From: Squalus acanthias
Lineage: Eukaryota
Length of the DNA stretch: 64,000 bases
Direction of reading: 5' to 3'
Assembly: GCA_030390025.1 (NCBI GenBank)
Contig: CM059431.1
Coordinates: 122,762,001 to 122,826,000, forward strand
In this document: positions 10,850 through 23,559 of the stretch, in pieces
Layout: each line of letters opens with the position of its first letter
Numbering within the stretch: the first letter of the stretch is position 1
The notes under the pieces: model-generated
Told to the model about the DNA's origin: nothing
The model's input: the letters and a program-made list of their open reading frames with translations, nothing else
Database searches by the model: none
Translations under genes and position numbers: made by a program

Positions 10850-12080
10850 GCAGTGTACCTTGAATTCAAAAGGCTTTTGATAAATACTGTATAGAAATTC
10901 CTTTACAAGCCATCAGTAGATATCAAGGGTAAAGTATGGATATGAATTAGAAACTCACTGAAGGTAAGAAGATAGAAGGTTGTCTACAGGGAGGTTAGTC
11001 ATAATGTGAGGACATATTATTTGTCCTAGACTCTGTGATAGGAAACCCTCCTGTTTGTGTATATATAAATGACCTGGAAATCACAGTCTCAATTTAAGGT
11101 AGTTAAATTAACAGATGGCAACAAGCTAATGGAGTTGTGCACTCAGAGGACACATTGAAAATCTTACAAAAAGAGAGCTCAGCAAAGTTTACACCTGGGT
11201 TAATCAATGGAAAGTGAAGATTAAATGGATAAATGCAATATACTCCATTTTGGAAGTAAAAACAGGAGGCATGCATAGTCCACGAGGGGAAGGGAGGCTA
11301 ACATGTGCCAATGAGGAAACTGAAAGAAACCTAATGCTGTTAGTTGACTCATCACTTAGCATGTCTAAAAGAAAGAAAGATTCGCATTTATATAACGCCT
11401 TTCACGACCTCAGGATGTCCCAAAGTGCTTTACAGCCAATTACTTACTTTTGAAGTGTAGTCACTGTTGTAATGCAGGAAATAGTGGGAGGCAGCAATAA
11501 ACAAAGCAGTAGGATGTTGGGTTATATTGCCAAATCTGTAGAGTTCAAACTCTAAAGCTAAAGCTGTACAGTATCCTGAGTTCAGGTTGCAGCTGGAGTA
11601 TTGTGTATAGTTCTGAGCAGGATAATGTAAAAGGGCTATCTAGGCCCCAGAGGTAGTGCAGAGGAAAAAGCTATGAAAAATAGATCGATAAGCTGGAACT
11701 CTTCAGTCTTAACAACAAACATCGTAGGGATGATCTCATGGAGCTACATAAAGTATTTAATGATTTACAGAAAACAAATTCAAAACACAACAGAAAGGCA
11801 GGACCAGAGGGCACAGGTTTAGGCTTGTGAAGGGCTAATTTAGGAAAGACATCAGGATATACTTATTTACGCAGAAAATGATCGTTAGCTGAAACAGTAG
11901 CCAAGAAGGGTGACTGAGGCCAGGATACAAAGAAAATTGAGTTGGTATTCTGGAAAGCTGATATCAAATGGCTTCTTCATCTGAACCTATATTGTGATCT
12001 TTTGGTAGCAGACAGATATTTGGGATCAGCTAGATGGACTACTTATTCCTTGACCAGCCTTGTACTTTCTTATGTTCTTA
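10850..12080 (+). mobile_element. Highly decayed CR1 LINE ORF2 3' half
   Basis: Remnant motifs: aaaggcttttgataaa (KAFDK), tatataaatgacctgga (YINDL), ctggagtattgtgtatagttctg (LEYCVQF), aggaccagagggcacagg (RTRGH). Confidence 0.6.
11368..11482 (-). repeat. DeuSINE (SacSINE1-like) 3' tail fragment
   Basis: aaagaaagattcgcatttatataacgcctttcacgacctcaggatgtcccaaagtgctttacagccaat matches 38105-38215. Confidence 0.8.
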
Positions 12081-12622
12081 TGAAGCCATGGATTTTAAAA
12101 TATGTTAACTTCTTGGTATGGAAATTTGTATTTTCCACATATTAACAGATTTATTGGATTTTATTTTCTTACTTTGCATTTTGTTTTTAGCAATTATAAC
12201 TTCATTTTAACAGGCAGTTATTTCCTTTTATTTAATCCACGTGAAGCTTGTAATTTAATTCTCATGATAATTTAATTGTACTGGCCTGCATAAATATACC
12301 ATGACATTTTTTACAATGATGGGGTTTTTGAATGTTTCAAAGTTGGATAAGGTTCTATGATTTTCCAGCCAGTAGTTTCCAGAACAACCAACCACCATGC
12401 AGCTGAATAGGATTTTGACTTGCCGAATATGATTTTTGCATTGAGTGATGGTTTACGCCCATAACGCCTTCGTGGTCAGTTCTCAACATCAGTGAAGGCA
12501 GACAGCTTCCACAGGAGAAAGAAGGGAATATTTGGACCATGAGTCACCATTGACTGACTGCTTACAGACAGTTACTGGGACTATTAAAGCAGCACTCATG
12601 ATGGGTTTATTGAGAATCTAGC

Positions 12623-12810
12623 AGCAAACCAGAAAGTAACATTTTACAGAGAGCGAAATAAAGATTGGGACATATATATAGAGGATTAAGGTAGAAGCTG
12701 AAATATCATAAACAAACTTTAAAAAAAAGTTATTATTTTAAAAACCATGTAAATCTTAATTATAGTAATGGAAAAGTTTGACATTCCACAAATATAAAAT
12801 TAGTTATTCA
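12623..12810 (+). repeat. Partial copy of the interior of the 14026-14767 MITE
   Basis: About 180 bp highly similar to 14244-14420 (ttttacagagagcgaaa..gattgggacat..ggtagaagctgaaatatcataaac..gaaaagtttgacattccacaaatataaaatta). Confidence 0.85.
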
Positions 12811-12885
12811 GGATTATTCAGTTTAGCCTTTGTCTCCTAATCAGATGGTCATAGGTTCAAGTCCAAGATCTGTTTAATACTCATG

Positions 12886-13778
12886 GGGGTAGAAATTAGG
12901 TCGCGCCCCATTTGGGGCGCAAATATCGTCTGGACGCAAATATTAGCGCCTGGCGCTAATTATCGGCACTGACTGGAAACTTCACTTTTACCGCCCCGGG
13001 AGGTGAGTGGAGCGCTAAATCAGGCGCTGCACACCTGTCTTAAGGCGCAAAGGCCAAGGAGTGAGGCGCTACCTCAGAGCGCTGGCGAAGCTCATGTAAT
13101 GTCAGTCAGCAATGGAACACACACACAATGGCACGGGCCAGTTCTTAAAGGGGATGGTTAATCTTGCTTTCCATCCACATCCTGCTCATTGCAGCCTTGA
13201 ATCTCGGCCTGGAGAGACTTGCACATCAAATGTGCTGGAAAGAACAATGGAGAGTACCAGGCAAAGAGCTCAGAGTGCAGCTCCCACAGTCTCTGCTAAA
13301 TCGATACAAGGAATGGCAAATCAAAATGAACCTGCAAAGTGCTGCTCAGTACCCAAAACTCCTTCACACAACATTGAATCTCTCCAGAAGTCTCTCCCTC
13401 TCTCTCTCAGAATGCGTAGTTCAAAAATGCCACCAACAATAAAAGACAGGAAGAGGCCCCCTTTAAATAGCGCCCCCCCCAGCCCCACAGCGATTGATAG
13501 CGTTCCAGTCTTCTGGTCGTTGGATGCGCCAGGCGGTAAGGCAGGGGGCACCACTCAATTTCCGCTCCGGGGCGCCACAAGGGCGTTGCACCATGGAATG
13601 ACGTCATAATCTGCGCGCGCAGGTGGTCGCAGCGGTAAGTTTTAGCGCCGCCGCACAATGTCAAGTTAAGTTCCCGAGCGGCGCAAACATCGCTGCGCCC
13701 GGGCGCTAGCGGCTTTGCGCCCCATTAGCGCCCTCTTAAGGCGCTAACGGGAGGCGCAACCAACTGAATTTTTACCCC
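12886..13778 (+). mobile_element. Non-autonomous Harbinger family A derivative (~890 bp)
   Basis: TIRs ggggtagaaatt / aatttttacccc; ATG TSD at 12883-12885 and 13779-13781; subterminal regions homologous to the 1446-4124 and 43029 ends; inverted sister copy at 24825-25713. Confidence 0.9.
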
Positions 13779-14025
13779 ATGCTGTCTTAACATTGCTCAA
13801 AATAAATTCTCCAAATTACAGTTGAACTACATATGGCTATTTTGAAGAAGGAAAATCCATTGATGTTGTCCAGCCCACCTCACTGAAGCATGTCACAACA
13901 GGCTGATCATGCATCTGTACTGAATGTGACCCTGGAAAACTCTACAACCCATCCTTTTCCATAAATGCTTGGATGACAATGCATGATAATGTGCAGTTTG
14001 TATTAGGAGAAATTGACGAGACAAT

Positions 14026-14767
14026 GGCCTGGAATTTGTTGTCAGCAGCGAAGTGATCGCACTCGCTGCTGACCTTGAAGAAAACTGCCCACAAAGATCT
14101 AGCAAACTCTGTGGCCTGAATCTCAGCTCTCCCGGCCTTTGTTTGAATCTGGCGCCAAATTAAGCGAATCTCCAGCGTCCAGCAACGTGATGTCATCAAG
14201 CAGGCTGAGCAGCCAATCACATTGAAGAATTCTCACAGGCCGCAAACCAGGAAGTAAAATTTTACAGAGAGCGAAATAAAGATTGGGACATTGATATAGG
14301 ATTAAGGTAGAAGCTGAAATATCATAAACACATTTTTTTAAAAGTTAGTATTGTAAAAATCATGTAAATCTTAATCATAGTAATGGAAAAGTTTGACATT
14401 CCACAAATATAAAATTAATTTTTAAGGGCCACGATGGTTATTCAGCAGTCAATATGCCGTTAAAAAACCAGTTACACCTCTTTCAACAAGGCTTAACCTT
14501 TTCGGCGGTGGGGGGGACGGTGGGGCGGGGGGGTTTAACAGCGTAATAGGGGATGTTTTTGTCCTTCAGTGTGAATTGAATTGATTGCTGGGTCTGGGGA
14601 GTTCCACAGCGCAACCTGTGACGGAATAGGGAATGACTAACCGCAACTTCTGGATTTCCGCGTTTATCTGCGCATGCACTAAATCCTGAGGTTGCTGTCA
14701 TTTTCAGAGGGTTAACGAGGGCGAATGCTGACAGTTTCGCCGTCATTACCACTGCAAAATCCGGGCC
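14026..14767. mobile_element. Harbinger-type MITE
   Basis: TIRs ggcctggaattt / aaaatccgggcc; perfect AAT TSD at 14023-14025 and 14768-14770. Confidence 0.85.
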
Positions 14768-15780
14768 AATTTGTAACTGAATCTAACTCACAAGGTTACA
14801 GGACATTCAGCAAGGAAATAGGGAGTGGTTAGACTGAGGTGTTGCCTTATAAGTAAGAGCTACCTGGCAGGTTAAAGTAATCAAGCCAACATCACTCCAA
14901 TAGTAGCGTGGATTCAAACCTGAGGATGAACAGTAGATATTTAACATTACCAGGTAGAACACTAACAATGCATCATCCAACATCAAACACATGTCATCTG
15001 TGATACATGGAGTTGATATTAGTGGAACAAATCTGTGATCCAGGTGGTTATGCCTGCTGGTGCCCTCGAGCACAGACCCCGCAGAGATTGTGCGGTCAGT
15101 TGCAGGGCATCTTATTTGCATGGGGCTGTTGGGCACCGATGCAACTACGGGTGCATCACAGGAGTCCACACCTCAGCCCTGCCCCTTCTGACATGACTGG
15201 CTTTGTAAGGGGTGAGTAGAGATTCTGCCCCTTACAGGTCCAAATGGCAATCCCCAAATCAGGTTGGGACTGAGTTGCAAGATAGCCACTTGTGGTCAAT
15301 TGAAGTGACATTGACAGTAATTCTGAAATAGTTTTAGACTAACAAATGTTTAATCCTGATAGTTGAATGCTCAGTGGAAATAAATCACATGGGAAATCAA
15401 AGGAACATAAAATAAATCACAACAATCATGAAAGTGGTCTTATTACTTGCCATTTTCACCAAAGAGATGTTAGGCAAAATTTTATGCCCACCTTAGCGCC
15501 AATACTAATTGCATTTTTGACTCGCACAACTAAGAAAAGGTAGAGGGGGTGAAATTCGATAAGGACCAAAAACAGGCAGTGGCACCGTGGGGCGGGATAT
15601 GCTCGTGCCCATTTAGAAAGTGCAGGCAGCACCTTAATTTGGTGTTGCCTACTGATTTGAATGATTTTAGCGCACAGCCCAGCGATGAATGCGTTGCTTC
15701 AGTCTGTGCACTCAGCAGGAGGCCCAATGTCGTGTCGCTGTGACACTGCATTCTCTTAAAGCAAGGTTGTCATCTTTGAA

Positions 15781-15945
15781 AGCAGTCTTGAGCCCTTAAA
15801 GGTGAACTGCCTTCTGACAAGAAATAAAAAAATATTCAAAAATAGGCAGGCTCTAGCCCCTAAAGTTCAACTGCCTTCTGAAAAAACATTAAAAATCATT
15901 CCAAACTAGGCAGTCTTCAGCACTTAAAGCTGAACTGCCTTCCTC
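15781..15945 (+). repeat. Three ~65-bp tandem units upstream of the Myb-like ATG
   Basis: Core cc/acttaaagNtgaactgccttc recurs at ~15794, ~15858 and ~15922. Confidence 0.75.
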
Positions 15946-15983
15946 ACGTAAAAAATGGTAAACGTGCTTCAGCACTAACACAA

Positions 15984-16840
15984 ATGGCTCGACAGGCCAG
16001 GGAAAGGGAACCCAGGGTCTTGCAAGCAGCACTCCAGCTTTGTGCAGGCAGTCAATACTGGAAGAGAGGTCCTCTATCCACAGGGGGTTAGGAGGCCCTC
16101 CAGAAAGAAGGATGTTGGACCAGATCACCGAGGCCGTCACTGCCAGCAGTGTCGCCCCCACGACCTGGCTTCAGTGCCCAAAGAAGTTTCATGACCTCAG
16201 ACCAATGGTCAAGGTCAGTGAATGCATCTTCAAAAGCCGTCTCCTACCAACTGCACCACTAGCCTCACACACTGCTCAATGGACGACTCCCCCCTTCCCC
16301 CAATCACTCACCTACCAACAATCTCTACCAAATACGAGGCACACCTCCCAATCCTAGCTTCACCTCACCCCCTTGGAGGAGATGGTGCTGGCCATTCTTG
16401 GCAGGGGGATGGCTGAGCCATTGGCCAGCGGCAGGGTTGAAAGATTACAAGATGCTGATACCCTCATATATTATCCTCTTTCTCACATCCCACTTCCCCC
16501 ACATCCCACAATATCTTCTGATGTACAAGCTGCACATTGTGTAAGCATGCACCTCTTGCTTTCCTGCCCTCCCCTCACCACAATCCTACCCTTGTGCCTT
16601 CCTCATTTCACACACCCAAGAAATCCAACCTGCCCAGCCAGTAGTTGACGAAGAAGAGGGAGAGGAGAGTGAAGAAGAAGAAGAAGAAGAAGAAGAAGAA
16701 GAAGAAACACCGTCACTTGATTTGACACTCCCAGCCACCAGCTCCTCGAGATCATCCTGCAAGGCCATCTGCAGTGTCCCCCACTGAAAGTCAGCAGCCT
16801 TCCACCAGCCATGCTGCAGCCACTGCGGTATCACTGCGTG
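15984..16840 (+). pseudogene. Myb/SANT-like gene remnant (second copy)
   Basis: MARQARER..DQITEAVTASSVAPTTWLQCPKKFHDLRPMVK, then donor aag|gtcagtgaatgcatcttcaaa at 16214 (same as 5118); intron 2 and exon 3 homologous to 5560-5900. Confidence 0.8.
16671..16706 (+). repeat. (GAA)12 microsatellite in the acidic region of the Myb-like exon 3
   Basis: 12 perfect GAA units read directly. Confidence 0.95.
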
Positions 16841-18083
16841 ATATCACAAGGATAGGCAAAGGCACACACAAGACAGTCACTAAGGAAATGCACAAGGGTG
16901 ATTCGTTGATTTTCTGATGTAATATTGGATGCATAAATGGATAAAGTTGGATTGGAAAGTTTGCTTGTGGTGCCTTTTATTTCAGCATTGTGGCCAAGAG
17001 GACGTTGTGATGGTCAGTAACAGAGGGAAGGTATGGTGTAGGACAAATGTTGAAAGGGGAATTGGGGTTGTGGTCACTGGTACTGCAGGCAGATGATTCG
17101 ATCCGCTTCCTCCTCTTCTGCTTCTTCCTCTTCCCTCGGCGAGCAGCTTGTCCCCTTTGCTGCCACTGCTTCAGCTCCATGTGATGTTGCAGCCCAAGGG
17201 GGACTGCAACTAGAGCCCCCAGGACTGTTAGCAAGTGGTCTTCTCAGAGGCTTTCTTTAAGAGCCAAAGCCTTGCAAGCATCCAGCAGCATTCCCTGCAC
17301 TCCCTGCATACTTTAATAACTTTTCAAATGTATTGCACTAAGCCACTACTCCAATAAAATATTTAAAAAACCTCCAAAATCTGAAATCGAAACTTACCTG
17401 AAAGATGTGTGTGTCCCTTTAAGAAGGGCAGGCAGTGTCTCTGTGCAAGTGCTGCATGCATGTTCTTCCATGCGTGGTTAGGAGAGGGTGGTATGGAGTA
17501 TGGCGACGTCCAAAATCACAGTCGTGAGTCAAGTCAGGCATTGCCTGATGATTGACATCACGATCTGCGTATTTACATGGGAGTGGCGAGCGCAGACAAC
17601 GGCAGCGCTGCCGCCCTCTCCAAAATGGCGGCCGCTGTGTCCTGCGCCAGAAGCGGACAGAAGCGAGGCAGCCGCCATTTAAAAAAAAACTGGCCTTAAC
17701 GACCGACGCTACAACATTGAATTTCGCGGCCAAAGAATTACATTCTTCCTATTAGAAATAGATCTTCAGACTGCTCATAGAATACTGAAACCCAATGGGA
17801 GTCATTGTAACCTAACCCACAAGGCAGGAAACTGAGTGGATTGGATTGGCCACACGTTTTACACCCAATGCATTCAGAACTTAGAGACACACATAAAATT
17901 ACATAGAAATTACAGCACAGAAACAGACCATTTGGCCAGTGTTTATGCTCCTCATGAGCCTCCTCCTACCAAACTTCATCTAACCTTATCAGCATAACAC
18001 TAACCCTATCAGGCATACAATATTATGGCTGCAGATATTATACAGGGTGACATACTCTGGATTATATAACTGTAACAGATTAA

Positions 18084-18808
18084 GGGGGAGAAATTCATTA
18101 TAGCCCCGTCAGGGGCGCTAAAACTTCAGAAGCGGAAAAATTATCGCCAGGCGCTATGATGAGAGGCTCTCGCGAAATTCAGTTGTAGCGCTCCAAGAGG
18201 GAAGTGGGGGGGATAAAGGGAGTGCGAGGGGCGGTATCGCAGAGCGCTGATCAATGTTCGTGCAGCGCTGCCGGATTCGCAGGCTCCTTCCCGCCCTTAA
18301 AGGGAAGGGCCAATGCTCACAGCAGTTAAAGGTAAGGCTGGGGATGGGCCGGCGACGGCACCTGCGATCCGCGAGGAGCAGCCCCAAGCACTCTAAGAGA
18401 GGGCAGGGCCGATCAATCGTGGCAATAAGAAATTAGAAAAAGCAGCACAAGGGGTGAGAAAAACATTTTGGCCTACCTGACCACCAATCCCTTTAATTAC
18501 CACTCCCCAAGCAGCCGGCCGAGGTCACAACGCCTCCTGCAGCTGCCGTTGCTGACACCCACCGAAGCTGCAGGGGGCGGAAGCGAGTTTAGGATCCAGG
18601 GCAGTAACGGGGCGATGCACACCGGATAACGTCACTATCTCCGGGGGTGCAGGTTTTCGAGGCGGTAAGTTTTACCGCTGGCGCTAATCCCCATTGAATT
18701 TTGCGGGGGTCATTTCTTTCACCGCGCCCGGTCGGTAAGTCGTTAGTGCCCCGTTATCGCCCCCCAGAGGTGATAACGGGAGGTGCAGAGGAGGCCAATT
18801 TCTAGCCC
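18084..18808. mobile_element. Harbinger family A-related MITE
   Basis: TIRs gggggagaaatt / aatttctagccc; canonical TAA TSD at 18081-18083 and 18809-18811; GGCGCTAA subterminal motifs. Confidence 0.9.
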
Positions 18809-19591
18809 TAAAAGTTTAAATGTTATTCATAAACCAATCTTGTACTTTTTAAAACAACAGAAGCCTTTGGATGATATTCAGTTTATACACTAAATATGGA
18901 TGAGAGTGGCATTAACTCACACTTCAATGTTTCCCTGGAGGGACTTTCTCCTTTCTGATGGTCAAGGCTCCACGCTGATAGCTAGAATTCCTAACTACTT
19001 TAGCATTCTCTTGCTTGTATAAGATTAATTGCGCTGATCCTCTTTTTGGGGAATCAAAGAAGATCTTAATTGGTGGCTTTATCTTCTGTTATCGCTGAGT
19101 AGATGCAGTTAAGATGAATGTTCTTCTAAGACTCCTTTATTTGTTTTTTGCATTTATAATGTGTAAAACTTTTAAAAGTTTTAATGATCTGGGCAAACTT
19201 TTCACTTTGCTTGGAAGGAGGTAGAAAAACACATTGGCCTCGGAATTTCTTCGCTTGGGGGAGGACATACGTCAGCAATTACGCCTTTGCAGGGCCAGGA
19301 ATTTCTGATGGAACCGATTTGCGCTGAGGTTCTGCAGGAGAAACATCCTGGAATGAATTCCATTCTGTTTTAGAGCATGCTGAAGAAGAACCCACTCTCC
19401 CAGTGATGGGGAAGGGCGGGACCATCCTCCCAAAGATGCATCGCCACTCAGTGATACCTTCCCAAGCACCAATACGGAGATTGGCACCTCAGATGGTATA
19501 GACAATGAATTAGAGAGGTCTGCACAGGGTCATTCACTCAGCATAAGTGAGTAAGCGTAGGTTCAAGTGAAAGCTAGCCGGAGGTCCTTAC

Positions 19592-19745
19592 CAATGTTCC
19601 CTCTAATTTTTTTTTTGTGCGCGGTCCTTTAAATTTGCTGCGCATGCGCGATATCTCTTCCAGCTGCAACAGCTTGTGAGCGACCTGCGTGGGACCTTCC
19701 AATTGATGCGTGGCCACGCGCCCGTGCACCTTAGGGGGAACATTG
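19592..19745. mobile_element. hAT-superfamily MITE (154 bp)
   Basis: 15-bp TIRs caatgttccctctaa / ttagggggaacattg (1 mismatch); perfect 8-bp TSD gtccttac at 19584-19591 and 19746-19753. Confidence 0.92.
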
Positions 19746-20477
19746 GTCCTTACACTGCTGAAGAGGACAAAGTTATGCTCTTTAAGGGCTCAGCCTTCAA
19801 AAAAAAAGAGTTTCTATGCACCAAATATTGCTCAGTGTATCAGACAGGCTGCCAGGGAGCTTCCACCACATGTTGGAGATGGTGGCGGAATCCACTACCA
19901 ACTTGTGCAGGGTTCTGGTGCACAGAATTGATACTCTGCAGTCAACCATGATCATCTCAATGGATTCTGAAGCTGGGCCATCCATGCATGAGTCTGTGGC
20001 ACCAATTGCAGCATCTCTCAAGGATGCTCACACTGGCATCTTTCAAGCTGTGGGCTCTACCATCACCTCCGTCTTGGACAGGCTGGGAGACTGAATGGAT
20101 AGGGGCTTCAGTCGCATCATGAGTCTGCTCTGCCTCAAATCAGTGGAAGTGTTGAGCCGTAGCCCCATAGCAGGAACAGTAGTGCAATGGAAATGGAACA
20201 TATCGCTGTATCTCAGGACGACAGCACATCCGCACCCTTGTCACCTCCTCAACCAATGCCCACCTGGTTCCAGAAACCCATTTGGGCCAGAGCGCCCCGG
20301 CAGCCACCGAGATGCTGCAGTCTGCAGCCGGGCTCTCTCAGACCTGAGCACCTTAAGAAACCTCATACGAGCAACAGTACCTTTCCACTTACCTTGCTGA
20401 AGCCACTGAGGGGGCACTGCATAGGAGTGGTAGAGTAGTAAAGAAATCACGTAAGAAAACCACTGTAATTTTTTTTC

Positions 20478-20765
20478 CAACTGTTTCCATTGGCAGGAGG
20501 CTCGGTGACCAGAGGACACAGATTTAAAATGTTTGGCAAATGAACCAGAGGGGGTAGGTGAGGAGAAATGTTTTTACTCAATGAGTTGTTATGATCTGGA
20601 ATGCATTGCCTGAAAGAATAGTGGAAGCAGATTCAATAATAATTTTCAAAAGGGAATTGGATCTCTACTTAAAAAGGAGAAGTTTACAGGACTATGGGGA
20701 TAAAGCCGCGGAGTGGGACTAATTGGTAGCTCTATCTTAGAGCCGGCACAGGCACGATGGGCTGG
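20478..20765 (+). mobile_element. CR1 LINE 3' fragment
   Basis: ctgtttccattgg..accagaggacacagatttaa..atctggaatgcattgcctgaa; 3'UTR similar to 51870-52140. Confidence 0.8.
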
Positions 20766-20959
20766 GTGATAATATGTTCCTATATTTGATAACATTTGCG
20801 TAAGCTATTAAAATATCTGCAGTGTTTCTGTAGTAGCTATATCAATTGAATATCTGCAGTGGCTACATCAATTGTGGTCTTTTGTCAGAAGTACTTCATC
20901 GGCGGGTGGAAGGATTGGGAGAGGTGTTGGACAGGGCTGTTTATGCGGGGAAGGGGCAG

Positions 20960-21990
20960 GGATAGTTCAGCTAAAACCCTGTTCAATTAGCTGTTGCCAA
21001 AGAGCTCTGGCTGTAAGCCATTGTTGGTGCCCTCCCGCTTCTGCAACTTCCTTCCATCATCCTCATCATGTGGCTGAAGGTCCTCTTCCAATCGTGGCTC
21101 AATGTGTTGTCCTCATTGCAGAGCAAAATTATGCATCAGACTGTGAAAATCCAGGACACTCTCACTGGGCTGTTTTGGTAGAAGCCACCAGACCTGGCTA
21201 GACAGTGGAAGTTGGCTCGAGCAATTGTCTGCTCAATGAGGGCTCTAGTTACCCTGTAGATTTGATTATCATGCCGTTCGGGCAGCAAGTGTGCTTTTCT
21301 AAGAGGTATTATGAGCCAGGAGTGCAAGAGATAGCACTTGTCTCCAAGCAGCCAACCTCTGACTTGCTGTGCGGGGTCAAAGAGTGGGGGGATGGAGGAC
21401 TGGAGCATTATAATGGCATCCTGACAACTGCCAGGAAAGAGAGTACAGACTGATCACACACCAGCTGCATACTAAAGAAATGGAAGCGCTTGCAGTTCAT
21501 GGCGGCAGTGGGCTCAGTTACAGGGACCTGCAAGGCAATGTGTGTGCAGTCAGTGATGCCCTGAATTTGAAGGAAGTTGCAATCTGCACACAACACAGGG
21601 CCCTATCTTACTGTTGCCCATAGTGAATGTCATGAACTCACTTGCTTTCGCAAACATTGGATCAGTCACCTGCTTAATGCGAGTATGAACTATAGACTGA
21701 CTGATGTTGATGATATCTCCTGTTGTAACCTGGAAGGAGCCAAAGGCAAAAAAGTTGAGGGCCGCTGTTGGTTTGATTGCAACAGGCAATGCATTATCAG
21801 CTATGGTGCTGGTTTGTAGGTCTTGTTGTAAGAGGTGGCATAGGTCTGTGACAGCCACCCTGGAGAAGTGCAGCCTCCATATACACTGCTCTAAGAGAGC
21901 TGGAGGTTTGTGACTCTGCCTTTATACACTTTTTGAAGGGCAAAACATCTGTCAACTCCTTTTCTCCTCTGTGGATTGCCTGCAGCTCCA
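20960..21990 (-). pseudogene. Harbinger transposase pseudogene (old)
   Basis: DLCHLLQQDLQ..ALPVAIKPTAALNFFAFGSFQ; QIQGITDCTHIAL; GWLLGDKCYLLHSWLIIPLR..RALIEQTI..FHCLARSGG. Confidence 0.85.
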
Positions 21991-21991
21991 G

Positions 21992-22968
21992 TTTTTCCTC
22001 ACATCCCCCCTGTATCTCTTGCCCAAAACCTTAAATCTGTGTCCCCTAGTACTTGTACCATCAACTAGTGGGAACAGCCTTTCCCCATCTAGCCTATCCA
22101 ATCCCGTCATAATCTTGTAAACCTTCATCAAATCACCCCTCAACATCCTTTGCTCTAATGAAAACAAATCCAGCTTCTCCAATCTGTCCGTTTGCTAAGA
22201 TCCCCCATCCCCAGAACCATTCTGGTAAATCTCCTCTGCACCCTTTCAAGTGCCTTCACATCCTTCCTAAAGTGTGGTGACCAGAACTGGATGCAATACT
22301 CCAGTTGTGGCCTAACCAGCGCTTTATAAAGGTTCAGCATAACTTCTCTACTTTTGTACTCAATACCTCTATTTATGAAGCCCAAGATCCCATCTGCTTT
22401 ACTAACCACTCTCTCAATATGTCCTGCCACCTTCAGGGACCTATGCACATTAACTCCTAGGTCCCTCTGTCCTGCACACTCTTTAAAACTGTGCCATTAA
22501 GTGTATATTGCCTCTCCCTGTTCCTTCTGCCAAAATGCATCACTTGTCAGTCCATTCTGCTAGCCTTTCTCTGTCCTGTTGTAGTCGATTGGTATCATCC
22601 TCACTGTTTGCCACACCCCCAAGTTTGGTGTCATCGGCAAATTTAGAAATTCTACTCTGTATTCCAATATCCAGGTCATTTATATATCAAAAAAGCAGTG
22701 GCCCCAGCACTGACCCTTGGGGAACACCATTGTTTACCATCCTCCAGTCTGAAAAACAGCCATTTACCACAACTCGCTGTTTTCTGTCCTTAAGCCAGTT
22801 CCTTATCCAAGCTTCCACTGACCCACCTATTCCATGAGCCTCAATTTTGTTAACCAGCCTTCTATGTGGTACTTTGTCAAACGCCTTCTGAAAATCCATG
22901 TAGACAAAATCCATTGCATTCCCTTCATCAATCCTCTCTGTACTTCATCAAAAAATTCAATTAGATTA
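21992..22968 (-). mobile_element. CR1 LINE RT/C-terminal fragment
   Basis: [53 protein letters not shown]. Confidence 0.92.
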
Positions 22969-23559
22969 GAATTCAATTCAATTAGAGCTTCCTGAAGCTT
23001 GTGCAGAAACTACAATACAAAAACACAATTCTGCAGCCAAAGATTACAGATAAATACAGGTAAGACGTCTACCAAAAGATCCCTGCTATCTAAATTAATG
23101 CAGGCGAGTGCCTTTATCAGCAGTACTGGAAGTGACCATTTCTCAGCCTATAATGCCCATGAATAGTGGGAAGGTTCAAGAAAAAGTGGTGGCCGTGCTG
23201 ACTCGCTCTAAAATGGCATTTGGATCCTAAATAATATAATCGGATGCTGATTTAAATATATTCATAAGACCCCTGTTTCCAATGGGAGCACTGGCAGCCG
23301 AAATCAAGGCCCACTTGAAAATTGCATCTGGCAGTAATGCAGCGATTTAAAAAAAAACAATTTTTGTCTAAAATTTTTGTCTAAAATCATTCATGCTAAA
23401 ACATGTGCTGGAGGGAGATGAACATCGATTCCACATTCTTTCCATTATTCTACTCCTAATTGTTGCCCTCCTGGAAGGTATAGGTACCTTGAGGTCCTGA
23501 GACCCTGGTTGCTATTCTGCTGACCACTTATCTCTATGTTTTACAGAATCAGATGGTTC

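Larger units (their letters stand above)
15545..17731. mobile_element. PIF/Harbinger transposon family B, deletion derivative
   Basis: Ends gggggtgaaatt / aatttcgcggcc, flanks aga/aaa. Myb-like remnant on +; transposase N- and C-terminal stubs on - (~17075-17225, LGALVAVPLGLQHHMELKQWQQRGQAARRG). Confidence 0.85.
19236..23443. mobile_element. Old degraded Harbinger element (Myb-like remnant +, transposase -) with nested hAT MITE and CR1s; right end uncertain
   Basis: Left end att|ggcctcggaatt; Myb exon-3-like sequence at ~19400-20450; transposase at ~20960-21990 on -; possible right end ...tttcc|att with a weak TIR match. Confidence 0.55.

Noticed and set aside
13112..13609. 165-aa ORF apparently conserved with 25110-25487
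   Set aside because: The similarity reflects two copies of one non-autonomous element; reading frames differ between the copies.
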